A stretch of DNA of 64,000 nt from Thermoanaerobaculia bacterium (GCA_022071945.1 JAJVIN010000017.1:31251-95250), one strand, 5' to 3'; numbered from the stretch's first letter, positions 18,496 to 28,799 are shown. The notes: generated by a model from the letters alone, not told the origin. Program-made: numbers and translations.

Positions 18496-19596
18496 TCAGG
18501 GTGTCGCCGGGGGGGGAGGGGCCTCTTCGGGAATCAGCTTTTCCGCTTTTTCGAGCGCCTTGCGGGCGGCAGCCTCGTTGCCGAGAGCCTGCTGCGCGCG
18601 CGCGATCGCCCAGAGCGGCTCCTGGATCTTGCGATCCCTCCGGTGCGCCTGCTGGTAGTACTTGAGGGCTTCCTTGTGGTGTTTCTGCGCGAACTCGATG
18701 TCGCCCACGGCGATGAGGAAGTAGGGCGAGGCCATTCCGTGATTGGCCGCCGCCAGGGCCGCGCGGGCGTCCTCCCTGCGGCCCATCTCGAGATAGATGC
18801 TGGCCACATTGTTGAGGATCGAGGGCCGCTGCTTGTCCAGGGCGAGCCCGATGCGAAAGGCCTCGAACGCGCCTTCCTTGTCCCCCACCTTCCACCGCAC
18901 GAGGCCCAGGTTCCCGTAAATGTCGGGTAAGAGCGGAGAGAGCCGGGCGGCGGTTTCCAGAAGCTCGTGGGCCCGAGAGAGATCCCCTTGCTTGAGGGCC
19001 TCGACGCCCCAGTTGCTCGCCGAGATGGCGGCGACCTCCAGGTCATCGATCAGGACGAGCTCGCCTCTCGACTCTTGTCTCTGCTGATAGAAGTCGAAGA
19101 CGGTCGCGTTGTTGCCCTTCGGGAGCGCCGCGACCATGTGGCCGTAGACCACGACGAGGTCGCCGTGCTTGGACGTATCCCCCCTGCGGGTCAGGAGCGC
19201 GGCCTGGACGGGCTTTCCAAGACTTCGCGCCATCGCGATGAAGAGGTTCGTGAACGAAACGCAGTTCCCCTTCTTCTTGGCGAGCGTCTCCGCGGCGGTA
19301 TAGGAGGCGATCCGGTCGTACTCGAAGGTGAAGTCCTTCGAATCGAGAAGGGCGAGCTGGAGCCGCCTGAGGGGCTCGAGTGCCGTCCCTCCTCCCCCGA
19401 CCCTGAGGGCGAATTCCCGGATCTCCGGAGTGATCAGCATCGGGTGAGGAACCTTTTCGGGATCGAGCCCCTTCTTCTGCACTTCCACGGCCCAGTTCGC
19501 GGCGCTGAGGTTCAAGGCTTCCTTGGGCCTCGACGAGGCGCAGCCCGTCACGGCGAGCGAAAGGAAGAGAGCCGCGAGCGAAAAGGCCCGTCTCAT
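18496..19596 (-). CDS. Lipoprotein with a transglutaminase-like cysteine protease domain and C-terminal TPR repeats
   Basis: Start ATG at 19596 with upstream GAGGTG. MRRAFSLAALFLSLAVTGC lipobox. GNCVSFTNLFIAMARSLG matches the transglutaminase-core Cys motif. TPR-like repeats lie in the C-terminal half. Confidence 0.8.
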   Translation of the reverse strand: MRRAFSLAALFLSLAVTGCASSRPKEALNLSAANWAVEVQKKGLDPEKVPHPMLITPEIREFALRVGGGGTALEPLRRLQLALLDSKDFTFEYDRIASYTAAETLAKKKGNCVSFTNLFIAMARSLGKPVQAALLTRRGDTSKHGDLVVVYGHMVAALPKGNNATVFDFYQQRQESRGELVLIDDLEVAAISASNWGVEALKQGDLSRAHELLETAARLSPLLPDIYGNLGLVRWKVGDKEGAFEAFRIGLALDKQRPSILNNVASIYLEMGRREDARAALAAANHGMASPYFLIAVGDIEFAQKHHKEALKYYQQAHRRDRKIQEPLWAIARAQQALGNEAAARKALEKAEKLIPEEAPPPPATP

Positions 19597-19805
19597 TGAA
19601 TTCACCTCGGCAGCAGCGGCATGCTCTCCCATGGTATCTCCAGGTACGTTGGCCATGCAGAAAGAGTTGCCTGGAGCCCGAGTCTCCCTGACCTGTCCGA
19701 AAAGAGGGCCGGCTTGCGACGGACTTGGCAAAAGGGACACACCGGAAGGCGGCCGTTCGTAGAATCGAGCGGGGTGAGCCGCTGCCCACCCAGCAGGAGG
19801 TCGTC

Positions 19806-21674
19806 ATGGACTCTGAAAGCCCCTCTCGCTCCCGGGTGCTCAGGATGGCCACATCCCTCTATCAGGGCGCCGAGACGGTGATCCGCTTCGCGCTGACGTT
19901 CGTCCTTCTCGGGCTTCTCGCCGCCCTCGCCCTGGCCGTCTGGCGCGGCAGGCCGCGCGTCCCGTCCGGGGCGGCCCTCGTCTTGGACATCAAGGGGGAC
20001 ATCGTCGAGGAGCTGTCCGCCCGCTCGGCCAGAGACGTCCTTCGCGGCGCGGGCGGCGGCACGCGCCAGGAGACCTCCGCGCGCGACCTCATCGACGCCC
20101 TCAACGCCGCCCGCGACGACCGCCGCATCAAGGCCCTTCTTCTCTCGCTGGACGACATGGACGGAGCGGGGGTGGCCCGGCTTCAGGACATCCGGACGGC
20201 GCTCGTGAACTTCAAGAAGTCGGGCAAGAAGGTCGTCGCCTACGCGGACAGCTACACGCAGTACCCCTATTACCTGGCTTCCCTGGCGGATGAGATCCAC
20301 ATGCATCCGCAGGGGATCGTCCTGATCGAGGGACTCGCCCGGTATCGCATGTACTACCGAGAGGCGATCGACAAGCTCGGCCTCGAGTGGCACGTCTTCC
20401 GCGTGGGCGAGTACAAGTCCGCGGTCGAGCCGTTCCTTCTCGACGGGATGTCGCCCGAGGCCAGGGAGGCGGACCTGGACTGGATGGGCGATATCTGGCG
20501 CTCCTATCTTGCGGACGTGGCCGCCGCGAGAAAGAAGACGCCCGAAGAGCTGACGGCCCTCATCGAGAACTACGTCGGCCGCCTCGAGGAGTCCGGAGGC
20601 GACGGAGGCCGGCTCGCCCTGAAGGAAAAGCTCGTGGACAAGCTCTCCCAAAGAGACGAGCTCAGGAAGCGGATGATCGAGCTTTCGGGCGAGGACAAGA
20701 AACGCAAGTCTTTCAACCGCATCGGTTTTCGTGAGTACCTCTCCGCCCTCGGAGACGACCGGAAAAAGAAGGGCAAGGGAGACGCGGTCGCCGTCATCGT
20801 CGCCAAGGGCGAGATTCTGGGCGGGTCGCAGCCAGCGGGCACGATCGGGGGCGACTCCACGGCGGCCCTGATCAGAAAGGCCCGTGAGAACGAGGACGTC
20901 AAGGCCATCGTCCTGCGCGTGGACAGCCCCGGCGGGAGCGCCTTTGCGTCCGAGGTGATCCGGCGCGAGCTCGAGCTGGTGAGAAACGAGAAGAAACCCG
21001 TGGTCGTGTCGATGGGGGGCGTCGCTGCCTCCGGGGGCTACTGGATCTCGACATCCTCGGATGAGATCTGGGCGAACCCGAACACCATCACCGGTTCGAT
21101 CGGAATCTTCGGCATGTTCCCGAACTTCGGGAAGGCCCTCGCCAAGCACCTCGGCATCCACGTGGATGGCGTCGGGACCACGCCGCTCGCCGGGGCGTTT
21201 CGCCCCGACCGCCCCCTCGACGCCCGGGTCGCCGAGGGGATCCAGGCGACCATCAACCGGGGGTACGAGGAGTTCCTGGAGAGAGTCGCCGCTGCCCGGA
21301 AGATGAAGAAAGAGGACGTCGACAGGATCGCGCGCGGCCGCGTCTGGAGCGGCGCGGACGCCCACAAGATCGGTCTCGTCGACAAGCTCGGCGGCCTCGA
21401 GGAAGCCATCGCCTCGGCCGCTCGGAAGGCAAAGCTCCCCGGGGACCACCGCGTCCTCTACATCCAGAAGGACCTCTCGCTGAAGGAGAAGCTCCTCGGG
21501 TCGTTCACCTCCCGGGATGGCTTCCTCGCCCGTCTGCTGGCGGAGGAGGACGGACGCCCGGATTCGTCCGTCCTCCGCGTCATCGAGCAGAACCTCGAGG
21601 AAGAAGCCGGGCGGCTCGCCTCCTGGAACGATCCGCGCGGCATGTACGCTCACTGCCTGTGCGAGGTTCCCTGA
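19806..21674 (+). CDS. sppA: Signal peptide peptidase SppA, 67K type (protease IV)
   Basis: Two tandem ClpP/crotonase-like S49 domains. VVSMGGVAASGGYWIS serine region. N-terminal TM. AGGAGG lies 6 nt upstream of the ATG at 19806. An alternative start exists at 19725. Confidence 0.85.
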   Translation: MDSESPSRSRVLRMATSLYQGAETVIRFALTFVLLGLLAALALAVWRGRPRVPSGAALVLDIKGDIVEELSARSARDVLRGAGGGTRQETSARDLIDALNAARDDRRIKALLLSLDDMDGAGVARLQDIRTALVNFKKSGKKVVAYADSYTQYPYYLASLADEIHMHPQGIVLIEGLARYRMYYREAIDKLGLEWHVFRVGEYKSAVEPFLLDGMSPEAREADLDWMGDIWRSYLADVAAARKKTPEELTALIENYVGRLEESGGDGGRLALKEKLVDKLSQRDELRKRMIELSGEDKKRKSFNRIGFREYLSALGDDRKKKGKGDAVAVIVAKGEILGGSQPAGTIGGDSTAALIRKARENEDVKAIVLRVDSPGGSAFASEVIRRELELVRNEKKPVVVSMGGVAASGGYWISTSSDEIWANPNTITGSIGIFGMFPNFGKALAKHLGIHVDGVGTTPLAGAFRPDRPLDARVAEGIQATINRGYEEFLERVAAARKMKKEDVDRIARGRVWSGADAHKIGLVDKLGGLEEAIASAARKAKLPGDHRVLYIQKDLSLKEKLLGSFTSRDGFLARLLAEEDGRPDSSVLRVIEQNLEEEAGRLASWNDPRGMYAHCLCEVP

Positions 21675-21715
21675 AACGGGCTGGCTGAAAAGCGAGGCGG
21701 CGGCCACGAACGGCA

Positions 21716-21735
21716 GGGGCGGCTTTCACCGCCCC
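21716..21735. terminator. Hairpin GGGGCGG-cuuuca-CCGCCCC between convergent sppA and the DUF2911 gene
   Basis: 7-bp perfect stem with no clear U-tract. Possible bidirectional terminator. Confidence 0.3.
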
Positions 21736-21754
21736 CGATCCTCCCCATGGAGCC

Positions 21755-22894
21755 TCAGATGTCCTTGCCGGCCTCCAGCTGCTCGATCATCCGCTGGATG
21801 CTCTTCTTGTTCAGGTCGTCTGGAGCCTGTGGCAGGGCGAGGCGCGCGAACTTGAGGGCCTCCTTCTTCTTGCCCACGCCGGCGTAGCCGCGGGCCAGGC
21901 CGACATTGACCGGCCACGCATTCGGGTGCTTCTTCGCGTTCAGCTCGAAAACCTTCAGCGCCTCTTCCTTCTTCCCTTCTCCCTGCAGCTGGCGGCCGTA
22001 CATGTGCAGATCGATCGGGCCGGCCGTCGGATGCTCCACGGCTCTCTGCATCGACTTCTGGGCCTCGGCGGTCTGTCCGTTTGCCGCCTGGAGCTGGGAC
22101 AGAGTTCTCAAGGTCGAGAACATCTCGCGTCCAATCCCGGGTCCCGAAACGGCCGTCTCCGCCCATTTCAGACCCTCGGCGAGGTTGGTCTTCTTCTGGA
22201 GGCAGAACTCCGCCGCCTGCTCCCACCCTCGGTAGGTGAACCCGGAACTCGACCGGAGTTCCTTGCGGATCTCCGCGAGATAGATTTGATCGGGGTTCTC
22301 GACCACGATGGTGAAGGGAACGGCCAGGTTCTCCCAGGCGAGGGCCACCGTCGCCTTCGCGGGGGTTCGCTCGGTGAACTCGTAGGTCAGCCAGTGCCGG
22401 TACTCGGACTTCTGTGGCTTGACCTGGACTCTCAGGGCGTCCTCTTTCGCGTCGTAGAAGTAGCTCCCCCAGGAGGTCGAGTTCTTCGAGAAGATGACGG
22501 TCCACTCGTCCCGGCCAGGGATCATGTGCAGGCCGTAGGTTCCGGCCGGCAAGTCCTTGCCCTCGACCTTGACGGCGTGGGACGTGGAAAAGACGGTGTT
22601 CTCGTTGGCCCCCGCGCGCCAGGGGCACTCGCTGCCACACGTCCCGAAACCGAGATTGGCCATGCCGTAGGGGACGAGTTCGCCCCAGATCTTCCCTTTC
22701 CGGTCGGTGCCGTCGGGGGCGGTGACCTTCGGGCTCGAGTAGGAGATGCGGATCTCGACGAGGCCGATCCGCTGCGAAACCGTGGCTTGCTGGTTGTCCC
22801 CGGAGGGAGGGAGACTCAGGCTCTGGGCAGCGACGGGCAGGTGCGAAAGGACCAGAATCAGGCCGAGGCCGGTGAAGGCGGAACGCATTCTCAT
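21755..22894 (-). CDS. Secreted DUF2911-domain protein with C-terminal TPR repeats
   Basis: Start MRMRSAFTGLGLILVLSHLPVAAQS at 22894. The longer ORF upstream is Arg-rich junk. Core RIGLVEIRISYSSPKV...KIWGELVPYGMANLGFGTC...WRAGANENTVFSTSHAVKVEGKDLPAGTYGLHMIPGRDEWTVIFSKN matches DUF2911. TPR-like tail. Confidence 0.7.
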   Translation of the reverse strand: MRMRSAFTGLGLILVLSHLPVAAQSLSLPPSGDNQQATVSQRIGLVEIRISYSSPKVTAPDGTDRKGKIWGELVPYGMANLGFGTCGSECPWRAGANENTVFSTSHAVKVEGKDLPAGTYGLHMIPGRDEWTVIFSKNSTSWGSYFYDAKEDALRVQVKPQKSEYRHWLTYEFTERTPAKATVALAWENLAVPFTIVVENPDQIYLAEIRKELRSSSGFTYRGWEQAAEFCLQKKTNLAEGLKWAETAVSGPGIGREMFSTLRTLSQLQAANGQTAEAQKSMQRAVEHPTAGPIDLHMYGRQLQGEGKKEEALKVFELNAKKHPNAWPVNVGLARGYAGVGKKKEALKFARLALPQAPDDLNKKSIQRMIEQLEAGKDI

Positions 22895-23036
22895 GGAGCA
22901 ACTCTCCTCGGGCAAAGTCTTCCCGCAACTCGAGCGCTGAGGTTCGAGAGGGGAGCAACCGATGTACGCACCAGGGAGGGAAAGGTTCGAATCCAAGAAT
23001 GCGGCGGACGCGGAGCGGTCGAGAGGGGAACGGCGG

Positions 23037-23468
23037 ATGAAAGACGTTGGAAAGGACGAGGAGCCGGACCTCGTGTTCTTTGATGGCGACTGCACCCTGT
23101 GCCAGCGGTCAGTCCTCTTCCTGCTCCGGCGCGACCCCGAGGGGAGGCGCTTCCGTTTCGGTTCGCAGCAGGGAGAAACTTTCGAGCGGACCGTTCCGCT
23201 CGGAGCCCGTGCCGCTTTCGCGGGGAGCCTCGTCGTCGTGACCCCCCGGCAACGGGTCGAGATCCGGTCCGGTGCCGTCGTTCGGCTCTTGCACCGGCTG
23301 GGAGGGGGTTGGTCCGTCCTAGGACTTCTCTTGTCCTGGGTGCCCCTGTTCCTCCGGGACCGGACGTACGACTTGGTCGCCTGGGCCAGGAACGCGCTGC
23401 CCGGCTCGGATCGCGGCAAGGCTTGTGCGATGATTCCGGTCTCACTCCGGGGCCGGTTTCTCGCTTGA
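23037..23468 (+). CDS. Thiol-disulfide oxidoreductase, DCC family (DUF393)
   Basis: LVFFDGDCTLCQRSV motif. Confidence 0.8.
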   Translation: MKDVGKDEEPDLVFFDGDCTLCQRSVLFLLRRDPEGRRFRFGSQQGETFERTVPLGARAAFAGSLVVVTPRQRVEIRSGAVVRLLHRLGGGWSVLGLLLSWVPLFLRDRTYDLVAWARNALPGSDRGKACAMIPVSLRGRFLA

Positions 23469-23532
23469 AGCCTGAGCCGTCACTTGACGGGCGCCTCCGG
23501 ATTCTTCAACATCAGGATTCACGGAGGAAAAA

Positions 23533-24465
23533 ATGCACCGGTGTCCAGACGCTAGAACGTCCCGTTTAAGAGCCTCCATACTCGCGGTTCTCACCGGCGC
23601 TCTGATGGGGCTTTCCGGGTGTGCCTCGAAGCTCAATCTCGAGCCTCCCGGATACGACGCCGAGTGGGAGAAACGGCTGGACTCGCTCGCGGAGGCCTAC
23701 ATCTCCCGTGACGTCGACAAAGTCCTCTCGTTCTACGACGAGGAGAACTACAGCCTCTCGTTCAACCAGACCTACAAGTTCGACACGGGAAAGAAGTCGG
23801 CCCGGCAATCGCTGGCGGAGCGCTTCAAGGTCGTTCAGCTCGGCCGGCTGAGCTTCGGACCCGACACCCAGGTCTGGAAGCGCGACAGCGGCAAGGTCTG
23901 GACTCTCCGGAGCCTCGAAATCGACGCGAACATCATCAATGGCGACCAGATCAAGTTCAAGGGGAAGCACAGCGCGATCTGGGAGCAGAAGAATGGGGCG
24001 TGGATCATCGGGTACGAGCACTTCTGGGGAGATCCGCAGATCACCCGGGTGGCGGCTGCCCCCGTTCCTCCGCCGGCTCCCGCGCCCCCGCCGGGCCCGC
24101 CCGAGCTCGCGTCCATCGCGGAAGCCCAGGGTTATCTGAAGGACATCTACTTCGACCTCGACAAGTGGAACATCCGGGAGGATCAGGCGGAAACGGCGGT
24201 CAAGAACCTCGAGTTCTTGAAGAAATACCCCTCGGTCGAGTTCACGATCGAGGGCCACTGTGACGACCGCGCCAGCCGCCCGTACAACATTCGCCTCGGC
24301 GAGAAGCGCGCCAACGAGGTGAAGGACTACTTGATCGCCGGCGGAATCGCCGCCAACCGGATCACGACGAAGACGTTCGGCAAGGAGAGACCCTTCGCCC
24401 AGGGCACGGATGAAGACTCCCGCCAGTCGAACAGGCGTGCCCACTTCGTCGTGACGAAAAAGTAA
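23533..24465 (+). CDS. Lipoprotein with an NTF2/SnoaL-like N-terminal domain and a C-terminal OmpA/Pal-like peptidoglycan-binding domain
   Basis: Lipobox LSGCAS. RBS GGAGGAAAAA. C-terminal YFDLDKWNIREDQ...EGHCDDRASRPYNIRLGEKRANEV is the OmpA_C signature. Confidence 0.85.
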   Translation: MHRCPDARTSRLRASILAVLTGALMGLSGCASKLNLEPPGYDAEWEKRLDSLAEAYISRDVDKVLSFYDEENYSLSFNQTYKFDTGKKSARQSLAERFKVVQLGRLSFGPDTQVWKRDSGKVWTLRSLEIDANIINGDQIKFKGKHSAIWEQKNGAWIIGYEHFWGDPQITRVAAAPVPPPAPAPPPGPPELASIAEAQGYLKDIYFDLDKWNIREDQAETAVKNLEFLKKYPSVEFTIEGHCDDRASRPYNIRLGEKRANEVKDYLIAGGIAANRITTKTFGKERPFAQGTDEDSRQSNRRAHFVVTKK

Positions 24466-24498
24466 GCCCCGGTTCTCGAGACATTCGTCCTTTCGCAA

Positions 24499-24536
24499 GA
24501 ACGGCTCCGGTCATCCCGGAGCCGTTCCTGTTTCTC
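24499..24536. terminator. Bidirectional intrinsic terminator: a 12-bp perfect stem (GAACGGCTCCGG / CCGGAGCCGTTC) with a 5-nt loop, followed by CTGTTTCTC
   Basis: Perfect inverted repeat between the convergent lipoprotein gene and glgC. Confidence 0.6.
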
Positions 24537-24595
24537 GGGGCAGCGAGTTCCCTATCCGGGAGTCGTCGCCCCGAACACCGTGGAATGAGGCCGGG

Positions 24596-25885
24596 CTAGA
24601 CGACGGTTCCCGGCTTGATGAGGGTGTCCTTCGGGACGATGACGACCCCGTCCCGCAGATACCAGCCATCCCCGTCCTCGTCCGGGCGCGCCGGATTGCC
24701 ACGGAGGATCGAGCCGGCCCCGATCCTCGCGTTCTTGTCGATGATGGCCCTCTCGATGATGCAGTCCGGACCGATGCCGGCCGCGGGGATGCCGCGGGCC
24801 AGATTCGCCGCCCGAAGCTCGTCGTCCTCGAAGAAGTCGTTTCCCATGAGGATCGCGTCCTTCAGGCGGGCTCCCCTCTGGATCCGGGTCCTCACGCCGA
24901 CGACACAGTGGTCGAGCTCAGAGCCGTAGATGAGGCACCCGTCACTGATGATGCTTCTCTCCACCTTGACGTCGAGGTACCGGGAGGCCGGCAGGAAGCG
25001 GAGCCGCGTGAAGATCGGAGCTGTTTCGTGGAAGAACCGGAAGGAGGGGTGCTCCTCGGTCAATTCGAGATTCGCCTGGAAGAACGACGAGATCGTTCCG
25101 ATGTCTCTCCAGTAGCCCTTGAAGAGGAAGGAGTAGACACCGTGTGAACCGATGAGGCGCGGCAGGATGTCTTTTCCGAAGTCGAGATTCTGGGGATCGG
25201 CGAGGGCGTCACGGAGAACCCCCATCCGGAAGATGTAGACCCCCATGCTCGCGACGAACTGGCCCTCCGGGAGTCCCCATCTTTCCCTCAGCTCGAGGGG
25301 CGGAGCCAAGGACCGGATGTCCTCGTCAGGCTTGGGTTTCTCCTTGAAGGCATAGACGCGACCGTCCGACTTGGCCGAGAGGATCCCGAAGCCATCGCAC
25401 TCCTTCCGAGAGACCGGGATGACGCTCACGGTCACGTCGGCACTCGTCCGGACGTGCTGGTCGTACATCTCCCCATAGTCCATGCGGTAGAGGTGGTCGC
25501 CCGACAGGATCATGACGTGGTCGTAGGCGTTCTCGTCGATGTTCTTCAAGAGCTTGCGGACGGCGTCGGCGGTGCCCTCGAACCACTCGCCCCCCTCCTC
25601 GGTCTGCTGGGCGGCGAAGATCTCGACGCTTCCTCTGCCGAACACGTCGAATCTATAGGTATCCGAGATGTGCCGGTTCAAAGACGCGGACATGAACTGA
25701 GTCAGGACTGCGATCCGCCGGAAACCCGAGTTGATCGCGTTAGAAACGGGAATGTCGATGAGCCGGTACTTGGCGCCGAGGGGGACGGCAGGCTTGGCTC
25801 GATGACGTGTGAGGGGATAGAGGCGGGTTCCGCGTCCTCCCCCAAGGATGACGGTGTAGACACGATGACGGGAGGCGTCAGTCAT
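24596..25885 (-). CDS. glgC: Glucose-1-phosphate adenylyltransferase
   Basis: MTDASRHRVYTVILGGGRGTRLYPLTRHRAKPAVPLGAKYRLIDIPVSNAINSGF is the canonical GlgC N-terminus. Left-handed beta-helix C-terminus. Start chosen at the ATG at 25885. The ORF extends to 25930. Confidence 0.9.
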   Translation of the reverse strand: MTDASRHRVYTVILGGGRGTRLYPLTRHRAKPAVPLGAKYRLIDIPVSNAINSGFRRIAVLTQFMSASLNRHISDTYRFDVFGRGSVEIFAAQQTEEGGEWFEGTADAVRKLLKNIDENAYDHVMILSGDHLYRMDYGEMYDQHVRTSADVTVSVIPVSRKECDGFGILSAKSDGRVYAFKEKPKPDEDIRSLAPPLELRERWGLPEGQFVASMGVYIFRMGVLRDALADPQNLDFGKDILPRLIGSHGVYSFLFKGYWRDIGTISSFFQANLELTEEHPSFRFFHETAPIFTRLRFLPASRYLDVKVERSIISDGCLIYGSELDHCVVGVRTRIQRGARLKDAILMGNDFFEDDELRAANLARGIPAAGIGPDCIIERAIIDKNARIGAGSILRGNPARPDEDGDGWYLRDGVVIVPKDTLIKPGTVV

Positions 25886-26071
25886 GCATTCCTCTCTGCC
25901 TCGCCATCTTAGCTCAGCGTCATGAATCAAACGGACTATGCCGTCTAGACCAAAAAACGCATCAAAAGATCCAAATCATGCAAAGCGTGCGTTATGTCGA
26001 AATGATGGCGATGTGCGCTAGACTTCGACTCCAGTGGTCGCATTCGGACCCGCTTACCGGAGGGCTGAATC

Positions 26072-27649
26072 ATGAGAAGAATGTTGCCGGTCGCGACGCT
26101 GGTGAGCTTTGTCACCATCTCTCTTCTGGCTGGATGCCACCCCGCCAGCGCGCCAAAGACCGCCCCGGAAGCTCCCAAGGCAGCGGTGCCGACGGCCCTT
26201 CCGGCCGCGCCACCAAAGGCTTTGGCGCCGATGGACTGGCGGGACGCCGTTCTCTATTTCGTGATCGTCGACCGCTTCGCGGACGGCGATCCGGCGAACA
26301 ACGAGAACGTGGACACGAAGGCCAAGGGGACTTTTTACGGGGGCGACCTCAAGGGCCTGACGAAGAATTTGGATGAAATTGCCAGCCTAGGCGTTAACGC
26401 AGTCTGGATAACGCCGATCGTCGAGAACATCCCCAAATTCGTGACCGGGGCGGGATTCCCGGACTGGGGCTACCACGGCTACTGGGCGGATGATTTCACC
26501 AAGATCGACCGCCGTTTCGGGACCGAGGAAGACATGCAGGCCTTCGTGAATGCCTGCCACGCCCGCGGGATCCGCGTGCTTTTGGACATCGTTTACAACC
26601 ACGCCGGGTACAACTCGAAACTGACCCGGGACCCCAAGATGCGTAACTGGTTCCGCTCCAATGAGATCGGCAACTGCGGAAGCGACGATCTGACGTCCTG
26701 CGTGGCCGGGCTACCCGATTTCAAGACCGAGATGCCGGAGGTGGCGGACTACTTAATGACCCAGCAGATCGCCTGGGCGAAGAAGTTCGGGATCGATGGC
26801 TTCCGGCTGGACACGGTCAAGCACGTTGACCACCCGTTCTGGCAGGAGCACCGCAAGAGGACGCGGGACGCCCTCGGAAAGGGCTTTTTCCTGCTGGGCG
26901 AGGTCTGGGGCGGCGAGGTCAAGGGTCTCGACGGGTGGTTCGTCAACGACGAGATGGATGCCGGGTTCGAGTTCATGTTCCAGGGCTCGACGATCGCCTT
27001 CCTCTCGGGGCGCGGACGGACTCAGGGTTACGACCGCTATCTCAAGTCCCGGGAGAAGGTTCGCCAGGGCTACCACCTGTCGCACTTCCTCTCCTCCCAC
27101 GACGTGGACGGGGCGCTCTTCCAGTTCGAGGGGAACAAGGCGCTCTTCAGGCTCGCGGCCCTCCTGCAGCTTTCGACAGCCGGGATTCCGGTCGTTTACT
27201 ACGGCGAGGAAGTGGGACGGCTGGGCGGGAAGTGGCCCGACAACCGCAGCGCCATGCCCTGGGGCAGCAAGGACATCCAGCCCGGGAAGGGACTGGAGCG
27301 CGACGAGGCGCTCCGGGCGGACTATGCCAAGTGGATCGGCATTCGAAACGCCCACCCCGCACTTCGCCGCGGGGTCCACGAGGGAATCGTCATGGAGCAG
27401 AACCTCTATGCCTTTTCCCGCAAGGACGCGGAGACGAAGGACGCGGTCGTCGTGGCGGTGAACCGGGGGACGGAAGCGGCCACGCTGAGCTTCTCCGCCC
27501 TGCCGGAGTGGACGGACAAGCAGGTTCTCGACCGGTTGACGGGCAAGCCCGTCGAGATCAAGGACGGGAAAATCGAAATCCCCGTCGAGGGTCTCGGCGC
27601 CCGCATCCTGGCTCCGGCACCACAGGCCCCCGCCAAAGCGGGGAAGTAA
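26072..27649 (+). CDS. Secreted alpha-amylase family glycoside hydrolase (GH13), lipoprotein
   Basis: LLAGC lipobox. DAVLYFVIVDRFADGD (region I). GFRLDTVKHV (region II catalytic Asp). EVWGG. FLSSHD. Confidence 0.9.
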   Translation: MRRMLPVATLVSFVTISLLAGCHPASAPKTAPEAPKAAVPTALPAAPPKALAPMDWRDAVLYFVIVDRFADGDPANNENVDTKAKGTFYGGDLKGLTKNLDEIASLGVNAVWITPIVENIPKFVTGAGFPDWGYHGYWADDFTKIDRRFGTEEDMQAFVNACHARGIRVLLDIVYNHAGYNSKLTRDPKMRNWFRSNEIGNCGSDDLTSCVAGLPDFKTEMPEVADYLMTQQIAWAKKFGIDGFRLDTVKHVDHPFWQEHRKRTRDALGKGFFLLGEVWGGEVKGLDGWFVNDEMDAGFEFMFQGSTIAFLSGRGRTQGYDRYLKSREKVRQGYHLSHFLSSHDVDGALFQFEGNKALFRLAALLQLSTAGIPVVYYGEEVGRLGGKWPDNRSAMPWGSKDIQPGKGLERDEALRADYAKWIGIRNAHPALRRGVHEGIVMEQNLYAFSRKDAETKDAVVVAVNRGTEAATLSFSALPEWTDKQVLDRLTGKPVEIKDGKIEIPVEGLGARILAPAPQAPAKAGK

Positions 27650-27675
27650 TTCGGAAAGGACGAAAGGACTTCTTT

Positions 27676-28767
27676 ATGGCGGGTGTCGTCTTCGAGAAGG
27701 TCGCGAAGCGTTACGGGGAGGTCTCGATCATCGAGGGACTGAACCTCGATATTCAGGACAAGGAATTCATGGTCTTGGTCGGTCCGTCCGGCTGCGGCAA
27801 ATCGACGGCGCTCCGGATGATCGCCGGGCTGGAGGAGATCTCGGACGGTCACGTGAAGATCGGGGAACGTGTCGTCAACGAGGTGGCGCCGAAGGACCGG
27901 GACATCGCGATGGTCTTCCAGAGCTATGCCCTCTACCCGCACATGACGATCCGGGAGAACCTGGAATTCGGCCTCAAGATCAGAAAGACGCCTCAGGCGG
28001 AGGTCGACCGGCTCGTCAAGGAGGCGGCCGAGATCCTCGGCATCTCCCACCTGCTCGACCGCAAGCCGAAGCAACTCTCGGGGGGACAGAGGCAGCGGGT
28101 GGCGGTCGGACGCGCCATCGTGCGAAAGCCGGCGGTATTCCTCTTCGACGAGCCCCTCTCCAACCTCGACGCCAAGCTCCGCGTGCAGATGCGGGCCGAG
28201 ATCACAAAGCTCCAGCAGCGGCTCCAGACGACGACCGTGTACGTCACGCACGATCAGGTCGAGGCGATGACGATGGGACACCGGATCGCCGTCATGAAGG
28301 ACGGGAAGCTCCAGCAGGTCGGAACCCCTCTCGAGGTCTACGAGCAGCCCTCGAACCTGTTCGTGGCGGCCTTCATCGGGACCCCGCCGATGAACTTCGT
28401 CAAGGCCCAGATCCGCAATGAAGGGACGCTGATCGCCGCCGCGAAGTTCGCCCTGCCGGTCCCCGTCAAGCTCCGGCACCTCACGGTCCCGCGCGATGGC
28501 GCGAACGTGGTCGTGGGCATCCGCCCCGAAAACATCGTCGACCCCTCCAAGCCGACCCGTGGTGAAACCGCGATGATCCAGGCGAAGGTCGACATCGCCG
28601 AACCCCTGGGACACGAAGTCCTGGTGTACGCCTCCATCGGAGACGACACGCTGGTCGCCAAGGTCGATCCCCACCGCGCCCCTCAACTCGACTCGATCGT
28701 CGACCTCGTGGTCGAGCTCGAGTCTCTTCACCTGTTCGACGCGGCCACGGAACGCCGCCTGGCCTAA
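27676..28767 (+). CDS. Sugar ABC transporter ATP-binding protein (MalK/UgpC type)
   Basis: Walker A GPSGCGKST. LSGGQRQRVAVGRA. Walker B LFDEPLSNLD. C-terminal TOBE-like regulatory domain. Confidence 0.9.
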   Translation: MAGVVFEKVAKRYGEVSIIEGLNLDIQDKEFMVLVGPSGCGKSTALRMIAGLEEISDGHVKIGERVVNEVAPKDRDIAMVFQSYALYPHMTIRENLEFGLKIRKTPQAEVDRLVKEAAEILGISHLLDRKPKQLSGGQRQRVAVGRAIVRKPAVFLFDEPLSNLDAKLRVQMRAEITKLQQRLQTTTVYVTHDQVEAMTMGHRIAVMKDGKLQQVGTPLEVYEQPSNLFVAAFIGTPPMNFVKAQIRNEGTLIAAAKFALPVPVKLRHLTVPRDGANVVVGIRPENIVDPSKPTRGETAMIQAKVDIAEPLGHEVLVYASIGDDTLVAKVDPHRAPQLDSIVDLVVELESLHLFDAATERRLA

Positions 28768-28799
28768 CGGCTCTCAACTGAAGGAAACGGAGGACGTTC

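Noticed and set aside
19597-19805. Checked for tRNA, sRNA or CRISPR in the larger intergenic gaps (19597-19805, 57938-58148, 61145-61464, 44937-45065)
   Set aside because: There are no cloverleaf-compatible 70-90 nt segments and no direct-repeat arrays. These gaps look like divergent or upstream promoter regions, and one has a modest AT-rich patch.
19602-21707. 701-aa minus-strand ORF
   Set aside because: It is antisense to sppA. Its sequence is low-complexity and Arg/Gly/Asp-rich with no motifs.
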